Below, in pieces: positions 1 to 9,591 of a stretch of 64,000 nucleotides of DNA (its first letter is position 1; every line of letters starts with the position of its first letter). The notes beneath the pieces were generated by a model, which was given only the letters and a program-made list of their open reading frames with translations, searched no databases and had not been told where the DNA came from. Location: the NCBI GenBank assembly GCA_038874215.1, contig JAVZCV010000002.1:6664-70663 (forward strand), written 5' to 3'. The position numbers were made by a program, and so were the translations under genes. The DNA is from Candidatus Micrarchaeia archaeon. GTDB taxonomy: Archaea > Micrarchaeota > Micrarchaeia > Burarchaeales > JAVZCV01.

Positions 1-417
1 TCTCGCGCGCGGTGGCATAGTTGTTGGCTTTGTGAGAAAACTGCAAACTGAGGGTCTGGGGGGGCGAATAACAGTACAGGATATGAGAATATTTTCCTAT
101 TCCTTATGTACTGTTTCCTCAATAATCTCATGCCTTCTCCTTGGCATAATAAGCGATGGCGAGATGCGTGCAGGTATAAAATACATCCCTATTTTTGTGA
201 TTGTTTCGCTTTCCGTTTACTTCTACGCGGACCAATTTGCAACGCAGATGTTAAACGAGGCTTTTGGCGGTCTCCTTTCTCAGTAAAGCTACACGTTTAT
301 GGAAAAGTATAAAAAGGGGTTATTGGATAACCATATCATTGGCCGAAGAGCAGCGACCGTAGTTAAACATCTACACGTGGGGATTAGCGGTGGCGTTATA
401 TGTTTGATGGGAGCCGA

Positions 418-1002
418 ATGAAAACCAAGCGTGGTGCTGTTGGTATCGGAACTCTGATAATCTTCATAGCGATGGTCCTTGTGGCCGCAATCGCTGCCGC
501 AGTTCTCATCAACACCTCTGGTATTCTCCAACAAAGGTCCATGATGACTGGCAAAGAATCAATAGCGCAGGTTTCAACGAATATAAAAGTTTCTTCCATA
601 ATCGGCTTTACCGATGCCAATTTCAGCAATATAGAGAACCTTAGTATTTTCATAACGATGGCACCGGGTGCGCAGCCACTGAACCTAAAATATCTTATCG
701 TAGTGGTTGGAAACAACAACAACCAAACGACAAACCAATTCTCAGAAGAGCTCGAGAACAATACCTTCACCCCAAGAATAATACGCGACCCAAACAATCT
801 TTTCTCAACGACAAACCCAGTCATAGATAGTTCGTCTCTTGTTGAGCTTAAAATCACGCCAGCAAATATGTCACCAATCGTACTTTTGCCACCTCGCACC
901 ACACTTCATGTAGAACTAATCCCCGAGCATGGCTCGCCCGTTATCATAGAAACAAAAACCCCACAAACATACGCCACATCAATACAGCATCTCTATCCAT
1001 AG
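418..1002 (+). CDS. flaB: Archaellin (archaeal flagellin) FlaB paralog 1. Probable start at the second Met of the ORF ([11 protein letters not shown]...).
   Basis: The N-terminus MKTKRG|[34 protein letters not shown] is a classic class III (preflagellin) signal peptide plus the hydrophobic archaellin N-domain. The C-terminal block (...LPPRT.LH.ELIPEHG...YP) is conserved in the other two paralogs. There are many N-x-S/T sequons. A TATA-like ttatat lies about 25 nt upstream. Confidence 0.9.
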   Translation: MKTKRGAVGIGTLIIFIAMVLVAAIAAAVLINTSGILQQRSMMTGKESIAQVSTNIKVSSIIGFTDANFSNIENLSIFITMAPGAQPLNLKYLIVVVGNNNNQTTNQFSEELENNTFTPRIIRDPNNLFSTTNPVIDSSSLVELKITPANMSPIVLLPPRTTLHVELIPEHGSPVIIETKTPQTYATSIQHLYP

Positions 1003-1015
1003 GAAAACCAACGAA

Positions 1016-1027
1016 AAGTTTATATAG
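1016..1027 (+). promoter_or_regulatory. Putative TATA box (aagtttatatag) for flaB2, about 55 nt upstream of the ATG. A ggaggga RBS lies at 1071..1077.
   Basis: An A/T-rich 8-mer is followed by a purine-rich SD-like sequence. Confidence 0.3.
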
Positions 1028-1081
1028 TGCGTAATGTTATTCCATTAGGAAAGCAATAAGAAAAAGGGAAGGAGGGAGAAC

Positions 1082-1675
1082 ATGCAATATAAAAAGGGTG
1101 CTGTTGGTATCGGAACTCTGATAATCTTCATAGCGATGGTCCTTGTGGCCGCAATCGCCGCAGCCGTTTTGATAAACGTTTCTGGCATACTGCAACAGAG
1201 GGCAATGTCCACGGGCAAAGAGGCAATAGCCCAAGTCTCATCAAACATAATAGTAACATCTATATCTGGGAAAACCAATACTAATAAGACGAACATAGAT
1301 AATCTCACCATAACCATTTCTGCGGCGGCAGGCGCTGGAAGGATAGACATCGGCAAAATGATTCTGAAGATTAGTAACGGGGATAACCAGACAGAGCAGA
1401 AATACAACGGGACCATAAACAATCCGGATGGTGCTCACTTCACCGCAACAGCTCTCAGAGACCCGACAGGCCTATTTACTAAAGAATTGCCCGTGATAGA
1501 CTCAAGCAGCTTAATTCAATTGCATGTTGTGCCAAGCAACGATACAACCCCTGTCTATCTGCCACCAAGAACGCCATTGCATATAGAGCTCATCCCAGAG
1601 CACGGTGCATCTGTTACGATAGATTTAGTAACGCCTTCAACATACCCAACTACCCTCCAGCAACTTTATCCATAA
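1082..1675 (+). CDS. flaB: Archaellin FlaB paralog 2
   Basis: The N-terminus MQYKKG|[34 protein letters not shown] follows the same pattern. A ggaggga RBS sits 4 nt before the ATG. The first ~150 nt of the ORF are nearly identical in nucleotide sequence to the other two paralogs. Confidence 0.9.
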   Translation: MQYKKGAVGIGTLIIFIAMVLVAAIAAAVLINVSGILQQRAMSTGKEAIAQVSSNIIVTSISGKTNTNKTNIDNLTITISAAAGAGRIDIGKMILKISNGDNQTEQKYNGTINNPDGAHFTATALRDPTGLFTKELPVIDSSSLIQLHVVPSNDTTPVYLPPRTPLHIELIPEHGASVTIDLVTPSTYPTTLQQLYP

Positions 1676-1685
1676 ACAGTCAGCC

Positions 1686-1702
1686 TTTTATTCTCCTTTT
1701 TT
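1686..1702 (+). terminator. Oligo-T tract (ccttttattctcctttttttaat) downstream of flaB2. It may act as a partial archaeal terminator.
   Basis: A T7 run sits within a pyrimidine-rich stretch 10-25 nt after the stop. Confidence 0.3.
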
Positions 1703-1723
1703 TAATCTATCTTAGGTAATCCC

Positions 1724-2311
1724 ATGGAAATCATAACTATCTTCAAGAAGGCACTTGGTTTACAAAAGGACGAAAAGGAAAGCGAAGAGAAAAAAGAGCA
1801 AGAGGCAAGTGCGAGTGAGATTGAGGTAGAGTTACCAGAAGGGGGCGGAATTTTTGATACGGAGGAGATAGACTCCTTGAAAAAAGAGCTCAGTGCAAGC
1901 GGTTCAAAAATAAGCGATCTGGAAGGAAAGCTGGTAAAGATAGAGGCCCAAAACCACCAAATCCAGAAAGAGATAGACGCTATAAAAAAACGCATGGATG
2001 AAATAGACGCAAGAATAATTGAAATGATGTCCATATACGAGGTAGTTTCAAATCAAATAAACCCCTTTGTAGGCGAAACTAAAAATGTGAGTGCAAACGT
2101 AATCGAAGTTAAGGCGGAGCTTGAAAAACTTCGTGAGCAGGTTTCTGTTCTTGCAGCAGATGTTCGTATAATGGCGAGAAGCAGGATAAATATAAGCAGG
2201 GTTATAGAAGAAGTTCTGAGCACGCCGCCAAAGAAAAAAACCGTTGATCTAAGTAAATTGATAAAAACCGCCATACAGGAGAAGAGGAGGGATAATCTTG
2301 GTGCAGAGTGA
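1724..2311 (+). CDS. flaC: FlaC/D/E-family archaellum accessory protein (FlaC-like coiled-coil protein)
   Basis: An acidic, heptad-rich coiled-coil precedes a conserved ...MMSIYEVVSNQINPF... segment typical of the FlaC/FlaD/FlaE domain. The gene lies directly downstream of the archaellin genes and overlaps the next gene by 14 nt. Confidence 0.6.
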   Translation: MEIITIFKKALGLQKDEKESEEKKEQEASASEIEVELPEGGGIFDTEEIDSLKKELSASGSKISDLEGKLVKIEAQNHQIQKEIDAIKKRMDEIDARIIEMMSIYEVVSNQINPFVGETKNVSANVIEVKAELEKLREQVSVLAADVRIMARSRINISRVIEEVLSTPPKKKTVDLSKLIKTAIQEKRRDNLGAE

Positions 2312-3002
2312 TGAACCAACTGGAAGAGGCAGTGAGCGCATTCTGACACCAGACGAAATAGAAGCAAAACTTTCGGTTTATCAATCACGCTTGCCCTCAA
2401 CTGTTATAGAAGAACTTCTTCGCTATCTGAAAACGATGAAGCTCAGCGAGTCAAAAGTTGATGAAATAATATCGCGTGTGGCATCAAAATACAGCGGCGA
2501 AGATGTATCCGAACAGATAGACTCCCTCTCATCAAAACTTGATACTCTGAGCGCAACAGTTTCACGCATGGTTGCAGCAATAGAGAAGGAGCGCTCATAT
2601 TTGGAAAGAGAACCAACCCCGCCCACCGAAGAAGTTCCAGAAGCCGAGCCAAAAACTCCCTTCCTTTCAAGCCTTAGGGAGGATGCAGTGACAAGAACGC
2701 TTTTTCTGAAATGGGTTGAGTTCCTTCTTTCACGTGTTGGGCATGAGCGGCTTGATGAGGCTCTAAACTTTTATGTTGACATAGGCTGGATAACTGAGGA
2801 AATAGCGATGAAAGCACTCGCATACTCCAAGGGAATATCAACAAAGAAAGGCAGAAAATCATCAAAATTAACGCCAGAGGACCATCTTCGTACCCTCATA
2901 TTTCTAGAGCGGTTAGGCGGTAAAAAAATAGACGAAAATCTAATAACGAAAGCAGAGCGGGAAATAACATACCTGCTTGAAAAAAGACTGCGGAGGCCTT
3001 GA
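2298..3002 (+). CDS. flaD: FlaD/E-family archaellum protein
   Basis: The C-terminal ...TRTLFLKWVEFLLSRVGHERLDEALNFYVDIGWITEEIA... matches the conserved FlaD/E C-terminal domain. The position (after flaC, before flaF/G) fits. Confidence 0.65.
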   Translation: MVQSDEPTGRGSERILTPDEIEAKLSVYQSRLPSTVIEELLRYLKTMKLSESKVDEIISRVASKYSGEDVSEQIDSLSSKLDTLSATVSRMVAAIEKERSYLEREPTPPTEEVPEAEPKTPFLSSLREDAVTRTLFLKWVEFLLSRVGHERLDEALNFYVDIGWITEEIAMKALAYSKGISTKKGRKSSKLTPEDHLRTLIFLERLGGKKIDENLITKAEREITYLLEKRLRRP

Positions 3003-3049
3003 ACGACATGCCTCTAAATATTTAAATAGAAAATAACCTATTAAGATGC

Positions 3050-3490
3050 ATGGGTCTGAGCACGGTAGCAACATTCGCACTTTTTGCACTCGCCTTAATC
3101 TCTATCGTACTTGTCTCCTACGCCATAATCAACGAATCTGCTAAGACAACCGTTGAAGCGATACGGGAGGAGCACAATCTTTTTAGGCTACGGCAGGCAA
3201 CAAGCATAAAAATAAATAACATAAGCGTTAGCGGTATTTGCACAAACTATAATCTCACCATATCCGCTACGAATATGGGCAGCATAGCGCTTGACAGGGC
3301 TAAGATGAACATACTTGATAACGGTGTTCTTATAAACAACACTATGAGGGGAGCGTGGGCACCAGGAAGTGATATATATCTCAACTACACAGAGATGAGT
3401 ACTATGGCAAGCAACCACACAATAAAAATAGTCACAGAAAATGGCGTTTCGGCAATCGGAAAGTATAACCTAACCGATTGCGAGATATAG
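3050..3490 (+). CDS. flaF: FlaF/FlaG-family archaellum stator-like protein (FlaF by position)
   Basis: A single N-terminal TM helix (LFALALISIVLVSYAI) is followed by an N-glycosylation-rich beta-rich domain of about 15 kDa. The gene order fits euryarchaeal flaF-flaG, and the gene overlaps its neighbour. Confidence 0.5.
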   Translation: MGLSTVATFALFALALISIVLVSYAIINESAKTTVEAIREEHNLFRLRQATSIKINNISVSGICTNYNLTISATNMGSIALDRAKMNILDNGVLINNTMRGAWAPGSDIYLNYTEMSTMASNHTIKIVTENGVSAIGKYNLTDCEI

Positions 3491-3963
3491 GTGAAAATTT
3501 GGGGTTTGACACGTCCTTCACGCATGCCATGTTTTTCATAGCGTCAATAGTTGTCGCAATCGCGGTTATATCTGTTCTGTCAACATCTATAAACACTATT
3601 AACAATAGCATAACAGTTCGTACCAACACTTTGGCTGCCCAGATAAGGACTGACATAACCATAATAAACGATCCCTGCTTTGTGAACCGTTCTATTTTTG
3701 TCAAGAATACTGGTAAAACAATATTGAACGCAAAGCTTGTAGACATATACGTTGATGGGAACTACACCCAGTATGATGCAGTAAGCATTCTGCGGAGTCC
3801 TACTGGTGTATGGGAGCCCTACAACGAAAGCAATGGATGGCGCCCGCAAGAGGTCGTGAATTTCTCTTTTTCGTATCCATTGCCTGCTGGAACGCATACG
3901 CTGTTCGTGAGAACGGAAAATGGCGTATACGATAAAATGCTATATACGAACGAGACATGCTAG
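3478..3963 (+). CDS. flaG: FlaF/FlaG-family archaellum protein (FlaG by position)
   Basis: An N-terminal TM helix (FFIASIVVAIAVISVL) precedes a beta-rich domain. The gene overlaps the flaF-like gene by 13 nt. Confidence 0.5.
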   Translation: MRDIGENLGFDTSFTHAMFFIASIVVAIAVISVLSTSINTINNSITVRTNTLAAQIRTDITIINDPCFVNRSIFVKNTGKTILNAKLVDIYVDGNYTQYDAVSILRSPTGVWEPYNESNGWRPQEVVNFSFSYPLPAGTHTLFVRTENGVYDKMLYTNETC

Positions 3964-4008
3964 ATGCGCACACCAACATTAAAAAACAACTAAAAGAAAC
4001 AATATACC

Positions 4009-4446
4009 ATGAGAGCACAGGTTTCCTTTGAATACATTTCGCTTTTCACGCTCCTACTTATTCCACTCGCAGTCGCTTTCCTCTATTCTTATGCCGCTGT
4101 TTTCCAAGCAACATCCGCTTACAAAATAGAAACAAGCCTTGATAAGCTTGCCCAAAATGCAGAAGAACTGTATGTGCAGGGGCCAGGCGCCAAATCCATA
4201 GTAACAATAGACCTGCCTAGCGGCATAAATGCCCATGGTTCATTTATAGGGAATTCTTCGGGCGGACCGGGTCGCTACATTATGCTTAATTTCTCGGGTT
4301 CAAATGCCGTGAGAATTACCCGCGCAACCGTCCAAGGATACTGGCCAAATACTACGGGTGGCTATGTTCGACCAGGCATACTGCAGATGAACCTAACCGT
4401 TGATAATAACAACATTGTTATTATGAGACCGTTGAGGAGTGGTTAA
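4009..4446 (+). CDS. Small class-III-signal-peptide (prepilin-like) protein, function unknown
   Basis: The N-terminus is MRA|QVSFEYISLFTLLLIPLAVAFL: a short basic leader, Q at +1, E at +5 and a hydrophobic helix. This is the type IV pilin / class III signal pattern. It is first of three consecutive such genes. Confidence 0.5.
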   Translation: MRAQVSFEYISLFTLLLIPLAVAFLYSYAAVFQATSAYKIETSLDKLAQNAEELYVQGPGAKSIVTIDLPSGINAHGSFIGNSSGGPGRYIMLNFSGSNAVRITRATVQGYWPNTTGGYVRPGILQMNLTVDNNNIVIMRPLRSG

Positions 4447-4827
4447 ATGCGGAGAGGACAGGTTGGTACCGAATACATAGCCGCATTTACTCTTTGGGTG
4501 ATGGTGTGCGTAATAATAAGCTACACCCTCTCTTCGTATTCCCTTAGCTTAAAGGAAAGTAGGGATACGAATGCCCGCAACACGATTCTTGGGCATTTTT
4601 TTTCTCTTGCCGATGATGCAACAGAACCCTCAACAAAAATCTCTGGCATTTTTTTAGAAGACTACAACATAACCTTCTTTGGTAATATTGGCAGCCTCTC
4701 TTCACGAAATAAGACCACACTCGGCTACACAACGGCAAATTTTACGTATTCTGACACAATAGGGCGTGGCGATACTTTCCTAATCAAAAATGTCAACGGC
4801 ACATTTCTCCTAATAAAAGAAGAATGA
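4447..4827 (+). CDS. Small class-III-signal-peptide (prepilin-like) protein
   Basis: The N-terminus is MRRG|QVGTEYIAAFTLWVMVCVII. The start lies 1 nt after the previous stop. Confidence 0.5.
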   Translation: MRRGQVGTEYIAAFTLWVMVCVIISYTLSSYSLSLKESRDTNARNTILGHFFSLADDATEPSTKISGIFLEDYNITFFGNIGSLSSRNKTTLGYTTANFTYSDTIGRGDTFLIKNVNGTFLLIKEE

Positions 4828-4834
4828 TGGTGTT

Positions 4835-5326
4835 ATGAAACGAGCGCAGATTGCCACTCTTGACATGCTGCTTGCGATTACGGTACTTCTACTCATCGTT
4901 TTTTCCTTCATCATGTTTCTTATTGTTGAGATGCATGAGAAAGATAAAAAAAGCCATGCAGATTCCGAAAGAATCCTTTCAGCATTGGTTGGAAGCTCTG
5001 GCAAACCGTCAAACTGGACGAGCACCCACTTCATAATCCCGGGGCTGAAATGCGGGCAAGGCGTCGTTTGCGCAAATAAAATCAAAGAGCTCAATAATTC
5101 ATGCGGTTCCTCATCGCAATCCGGCTATGTTTCTGTTAAAAAAAGCCTCGGCATACCCACACAATACTACCTGATAGGATACTATGCCAGCAATTCAGAA
5201 AGATGCCTGTGTGGTTGCGATCTTTCAGAAAGAAGAAATACTGCATTGGAAGTTTCAAAATCAAGCCTCCTCGTTTCATTGGACAATAATATAACACGTC
5301 TCTCAATCTATTTATGGAACAGATGA
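4835..5326 (+). CDS. Small class-III-signal-peptide (prepilin-like) protein
   Basis: The N-terminus is MKRA|QIATLDMLLAITVLLLIVF. A Cys-rich, N-x-S/T-rich C-domain follows. Its stop abuts the flaJ stop on the opposite strand. Confidence 0.5.
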   Translation: MKRAQIATLDMLLAITVLLLIVFSFIMFLIVEMHEKDKKSHADSERILSALVGSSGKPSNWTSTHFIIPGLKCGQGVVCANKIKELNNSCGSSSQSGYVSVKKSLGIPTQYYLIGYYASNSERCLCGCDLSERRNTALEVSKSSLLVSLDNNITRLSIYLWNR

Positions 5327-7000
5327 CTAAACTATTGTGGGTGCTGGCAGAACTGCTGCAAGCATCAAGTCTACAATCACTGCGGTTATCGCCCCCGTCC
5401 ACGTCAGACCCACGAAATGAAGAAGCGAGTTTGTCAGGTGTCCGCCATCTATTAATCTTATGGCAACCGCCGAGAGTAGCGCATTAGCAAGCAGTATTAT
5501 GAGCAGAAGAAGAGATATAACCTCAAGAGTATGGCTCTTTGGCAGCATTATCAGGCTCGTGAAAACTGACTCTGGTATCTCCATGCTCGTGTATAATTTA
5601 TTTAGGTAAACCAATATGCCATTTGATACGTATATGCAGAAGATTACGCCTGCCTGCAACCCATACATTATCCCTATGAAGCTCGTTGTGGCGTGATAAC
5701 GCTCACGCCTTAACATCTGTAATTTCATGAAATTTCTGCCTATCATCTGAGCTACTGCGTTTGGTTTTCCACCAAGCCCTATCGCCTCAATAAACATCTC
5801 GCTAAACCTGCTTATCAGATAGCTGCCTGCCTCTATTCTAAAAAAATGCCATGCTTGGAAAACATCTATATTCGTCTTGATACGCTCAAACAAGTTTTTT
5901 ATTATCGGCGTTAAAGGCCCGAAGTCATGATAAGCCAAAGATTTGAGAGCACCGCGCATAACTCCGCCGCGTGCAGCCGTTTCAAGCCCAAGCGAAATTA
6001 TGAATTCAACGAAAAACATGTCCCTGCGTTTTATTAATTCCTCTATACTCCTTGCAACATAACCGACACCAACAAGCGGCGTTATTGTCAGCGCAGCCAT
6101 TATCGGTGCTGGCAGTCCCCTCCAATATGTGTTGATAATGAGCGATACAAAAACTATCCCCACAAGAGATACCGCAAAGGCAGGAAGAATCTGCCTCCTC
6201 ATCTCGTTGTTTGCGTATTCGGTGTACCATATTCTATCTTCTGGCAATATACTCTTTATATAATAAACAACCCCCAACTCTGCAACAGCATAGAGAATCA
6301 TAACGAAACCTATTAGGACTGTGGGGTCAGTACCGCTTATATACGGAATTACGATTGCAAACGAAACGAGAAAAACAAGCGTTATCACCATAGATGTATA
6401 AACCTCTTTCAATACATCAACATCATAGAGCGCACCACGGTATCTTATTGAATAATCGCTTAGGACGATCTCCTGCTCCTCGCCAAGGAAAACTTCTATG
6501 TTCTCCCCAGCTTCCAATGCGTTTGCAAACCTATCCAGAAAATCTGCAAATATTATACTCGGGGTTTGCCTTGCCTCTATCCTGCACGCATCTGCGAGTG
6601 TCGTCCTCCATACAGAGAAGCGCAGGTATATGTTCCTGCACGAATCAGCAAGAGCGCCGTACTCCTTTCTAGCTGCCATAACTCTAAAAAGCTCCCCCGT
6701 TGGTACCTCACATGTAGAAAGTGCACCCATCTGCGTTACAAAAAAATGTATGTTGTTTTCAATCTCCGTCTTAACATTTTCTGCCAAAAGATAAGGGTAG
6801 ACAAGCACAAGCGCCACTACGAGAAAAGGAAAAGCAAAAAGGAAGACGAGAAAAATGCCCGTGAAAAGTTGTGGGACAAGAAAATAAACCACTACTGAAG
6901 TTAGAAGAGATAAAACAAAAATAGGCAAAACAACCTGTGTGAGGTAGTCATAAAGGGTATACCCAACATTTTTCACAAGGTCGGCATACCCCTCTACCAT
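5327..7000 (-). CDS. flaJ: Archaellum assembly polytopic membrane protein FlaJ (TadB/C-like)
   Basis: 557 aa with about 9 predicted TM segments and two cytoplasmic domains. It lies directly downstream of, and 2 nt from, flaI on the same strand. Size and topology match FlaJ. Confidence 0.8.
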   Translation of the reverse strand: MVEGYADLVKNVGYTLYDYLTQVVLPIFVLSLLTSVVVYFLVPQLFTGIFLVFLFAFPFLVVALVLVYPYLLAENVKTEIENNIHFFVTQMGALSTCEVPTGELFRVMAARKEYGALADSCRNIYLRFSVWRTTLADACRIEARQTPSIIFADFLDRFANALEAGENIEVFLGEEQEIVLSDYSIRYRGALYDVDVLKEVYTSMVITLVFLVSFAIVIPYISGTDPTVLIGFVMILYAVAELGVVYYIKSILPEDRIWYTEYANNEMRRQILPAFAVSLVGIVFVSLIINTYWRGLPAPIMAALTITPLVGVGYVARSIEELIKRRDMFFVEFIISLGLETAARGGVMRGALKSLAYHDFGPLTPIIKNLFERIKTNIDVFQAWHFFRIEAGSYLISRFSEMFIEAIGLGGKPNAVAQMIGRNFMKLQMLRRERYHATTSFIGIMYGLQAGVIFCIYVSNGILVYLNKLYTSMEIPESVFTSLIMLPKSHTLEVISLLLLIILLANALLSAVAIRLIDGGHLTNSLLHFVGLTWTGAITAVIVDLMLAAVLPAPTIV

Positions 7001-7002
7001 CT

Positions 7003-8640
7003 CTACACCGTTGGGAGGGAGTCAATACCCTCTTCATAGTATCTCACAAACATTTTGAGAACACTGTCGTAGTCAAATATTTTCTTTGCATACATTGCAT
7101 CAAGCACTCTTTTTCTCTTCTCAAGTTCTATGTAAACCATTCTCTTCTCAGCATAACCCGCCATCGGGGCTATTTTCTCTTCAAGTATGTAGCTGTTGTG
7201 CAGTCCAAGGAACCTATGTTCATCCCTGCTTCCATCCCATTCAAACATCTGCTTCGTTATAACACCCCCCGCCTCCTCCGAATAGCCCTCTATTTCCTCT
7301 ATTGAAATACACCTTCTCTGGAACCTGCCTTTTATATAAACTGCCTGCAGGATTGCAACAACATGCAGGTTATCCATAAAAGTTATTGGTATGTTAATAG
7401 GATTGCCAACAAGCCTCTGTATAAGTCTCCTGACGCTTCCTGCATGGAATGTGGCAAGAACAGAGTGGCCTGTTTGCATCGCTTGAAATGCGACAGAGCC
7501 TTCAACACCCCTTATTTCCCCAACAATTATGTAATTGGGCCTTGAACGCAGGGCTGCTTTTAATATAGAGAACATATCGACTCTTGATTCTTCTGGTCCT
7601 GTAGTCCTCGTTACAAGCCTCTGCCATATTTTATGCGGCGGCCTAACCTCTGGCGTATCCTCAGCGCTCAATATCTTCAAGTCTGGTCTTATCATTGGTA
7701 AACATGCGTTAAGAAATGTAGTCTTGCCGCTTGCCGTTTCTCCTGAGAAGAATATATTCATGCCGTACTCTAAGCATATCCATAGGTATGCTGCCATCTC
7801 AGTGCTTATTGTACCAAGCTTTACCAAGTCCATTATGCTCATTGGGACTGCGGCAAATTTCCTAACCGTAAAACTCGGGCCTCTTATGCTTATATCATCA
7901 GCATATATTATGTTTATCCTGCTTCCATCAGGAAGCACGGAGTCCGCTATCGGCCTTGCAACACTGACAGGATGCCCTATTCTCTCGCTCAGGTTGCGGA
8001 GATATTCCCCAAGGTATTGGAGATTATCAAACTTAAGGTTTGTTATAAGCGGGCCGAATATCTTATGCACCACGCCTATCTCGTTCGTGCCAACTACGTG
8101 TATGTCTTCAAGGTTCCAGTCATCTACAAGTGGTTGTATAAGCGCATGCCCTATTATGTCTCTTTTCAGCTGATAAATAAACTTCACGTACTCTTCATCT
8201 GTTACATAAACCTTCTTCGTTCCCCAGTCTCTAAAAGTCAGCCTTGTGCGCTTAACGCTTTTTTCATATAGCCTTAAAAGAGTCTTTTCAAGTTCTTTCT
8301 CGTCCTCAGGAACTTCCTCTCTCGGTGCATTCTCAAGTATTGCATTCAGAATGCGTCCATACTTCGTTCTCTCAGCTTGTGTTAGTTGGGGTTGTATAAC
8401 CTCATATCTTCTAATGTGTTTATCTATAAAAATATGAACGAAAACATGTTCGCCCGCAGGATATATTATATTAACGAACGGTTCGTCCCCAAGCTCTCTC
8501 GTGAGCCTCTCGTAAAACCTCGGAATGCGCCCCGTCTCCTTCTTCAACCTATCAATATACTGCCGCAGGTGTGGCTCCTTTTTTATTGCCTCATCAAATT
8601 CCACAACCCCACCTAAACATACGAGATGCTGTCCTCGCAT
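7003..8640 (-). CDS. flaI: Archaellum ATPase FlaI (VirB11/GspE secretion ATPase superfamily)
   Basis: Walker A is SGETASGKTTFLNA, Walker B/Asp box is ...ILSAED.... The 545-aa size, the FlaI-type N-terminal domain and the adjacency to flaJ all fit. Confidence 0.9.
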   Translation of the reverse strand: MRGQHLVCLGGVVEFDEAIKKEPHLRQYIDRLKKETGRIPRFYERLTRELGDEPFVNIIYPAGEHVFVHIFIDKHIRRYEVIQPQLTQAERTKYGRILNAILENAPREEVPEDEKELEKTLLRLYEKSVKRTRLTFRDWGTKKVYVTDEEYVKFIYQLKRDIIGHALIQPLVDDWNLEDIHVVGTNEIGVVHKIFGPLITNLKFDNLQYLGEYLRNLSERIGHPVSVARPIADSVLPDGSRINIIYADDISIRGPSFTVRKFAAVPMSIMDLVKLGTISTEMAAYLWICLEYGMNIFFSGETASGKTTFLNACLPMIRPDLKILSAEDTPEVRPPHKIWQRLVTRTTGPEESRVDMFSILKAALRSRPNYIIVGEIRGVEGSVAFQAMQTGHSVLATFHAGSVRRLIQRLVGNPINIPITFMDNLHVVAILQAVYIKGRFQRRCISIEEIEGYSEEAGGVITKQMFEWDGSRDEHRFLGLHNSYILEEKIAPMAGYAEKRMVYIELEKRKRVLDAMYAKKIFDYDSVLKMFVRYYEEGIDSLPTV

Positions 8641-9491
8641 TCATAATGCATTACCGTAATGCCCTTCAAATCCCTTTCAAGTTTCTCTGCGAGGTTTTGC
8701 ATTATCAGTCTTTCAAGCCTGCTTCTCTCTATATCTATTAGTGAGATGCCAAGATCATCTGCATAGCGTGCCACCGTCTCCGTCATCTCAGAAGAAACAA
8801 CAACCTGCGCCCCTTTCAGATACATCTCTTCTATAACATCAATATACTTCAGCCCTGGTCCTATGAAGCACCCAACCTTTGTAATGGGCTTGCTTGATTC
8901 TACATCGCCCGTTATTCTAATGACATCGCACAAATACGAAGTTTTTAGCGTGCTTACTATATTCCCTAGCGTTGTTTCCGCAATTTCCCCAATTCTACCG
9001 CATTTGAATTTTTCAACAACGTGCATACCAAGCACCTTAGCCAAAGCATCCGCAGTGCCCCCCTCAGCATCATCCAGATTTGAGTGCATAACATAAACAC
9101 ACACATCTTTTGCTGCGAGCCTCTTAATCCTCTTCGCATTTGGGGGTTTTTCAAAAAATGAAATGCCAGGGAAAATCGCCCTCTTTTCTTCAAAAAACGG
9201 GTATTCATGAAGAACGAACATATCTATGTCTGCTTCCACTTCCTCTGGCGTCTTTTTTCTTAGAGCAAAACGTGCATGCAAAGGGCTTATCTTTCTGGGC
9301 TTTATCTCCTGCGTTACTTCAAGAAGGTTTGCCTGCTCCATTACATAATCTGTTATTGCCCAAGCAACTCCCACCTTTTTGACTACCTTGTTAGGGTCGC
9401 CGAAAACAAGGCCTACCGGGTCGTCCTCAAACGCCAATGATAGTGGTGCTATCTTCTCAAGTCGCCCAACTATCTCCGATGCTAGCATCAA
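8613..9491 (-). CDS. Nif3/YqfO-family (DUF34) dinuclear metal-centre protein
   Basis: The N-terminus ...IVGRLEKIAPLSLAFEDDPVGLVFGD... and the internal ...VYVMHSNLDDAEGGTADALAKVLG... resemble conserved Nif3 blocks. The stop overlaps the flaI start by 28 nt. Confidence 0.55.
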   Translation of the reverse strand: MMLASEIVGRLEKIAPLSLAFEDDPVGLVFGDPNKVVKKVGVAWAITDYVMEQANLLEVTQEIKPRKISPLHARFALRKKTPEEVEADIDMFVLHEYPFFEEKRAIFPGISFFEKPPNAKRIKRLAAKDVCVYVMHSNLDDAEGGTADALAKVLGMHVVEKFKCGRIGEIAETTLGNIVSTLKTSYLCDVIRITGDVESSKPITKVGCFIGPGLKYIDVIEEMYLKGAQVVVSSEMTETVARYADDLGISLIDIERSRLERLIMQNLAEKLERDLKGITVMHYECEDSISYV

Positions 9492-9591
9492 ATCACTCTC
9501 TTCTCACCATTATATACCTGCCTTTAATTTTAAACCTATTGTATGTTGAAACAACAAATCTATTTTAAGGTGTTATGAGAAAGGTCTTTTC

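Noticed and set aside
2-286. Open frame from the window edge (GTG at 32, 84 aa with two hydrophobic stretches)
   Set aside because: It could be the 3' end of a gene entering from upstream, but there is no motif and it sits in the likely flaB1 promoter region. Support is too weak to call.
396-1422. - strand ORFs (396..902, 1045..1422, also 11732..11941) opposite the archaellin genes
   Set aside because: They are antisense shadows of strongly supported archaellin CDSs. Their repetitive products (…[14 protein letters not shown]…) merely mirror the conserved archaellin N-terminal coding block.
6394-8437. + strand ORFs within flaJ/flaI (e.g. 6498..6794, 7535..8173, 7972..8271)
   Set aside because: They lie antisense to the large, motif-supported flaI/flaJ CDSs.
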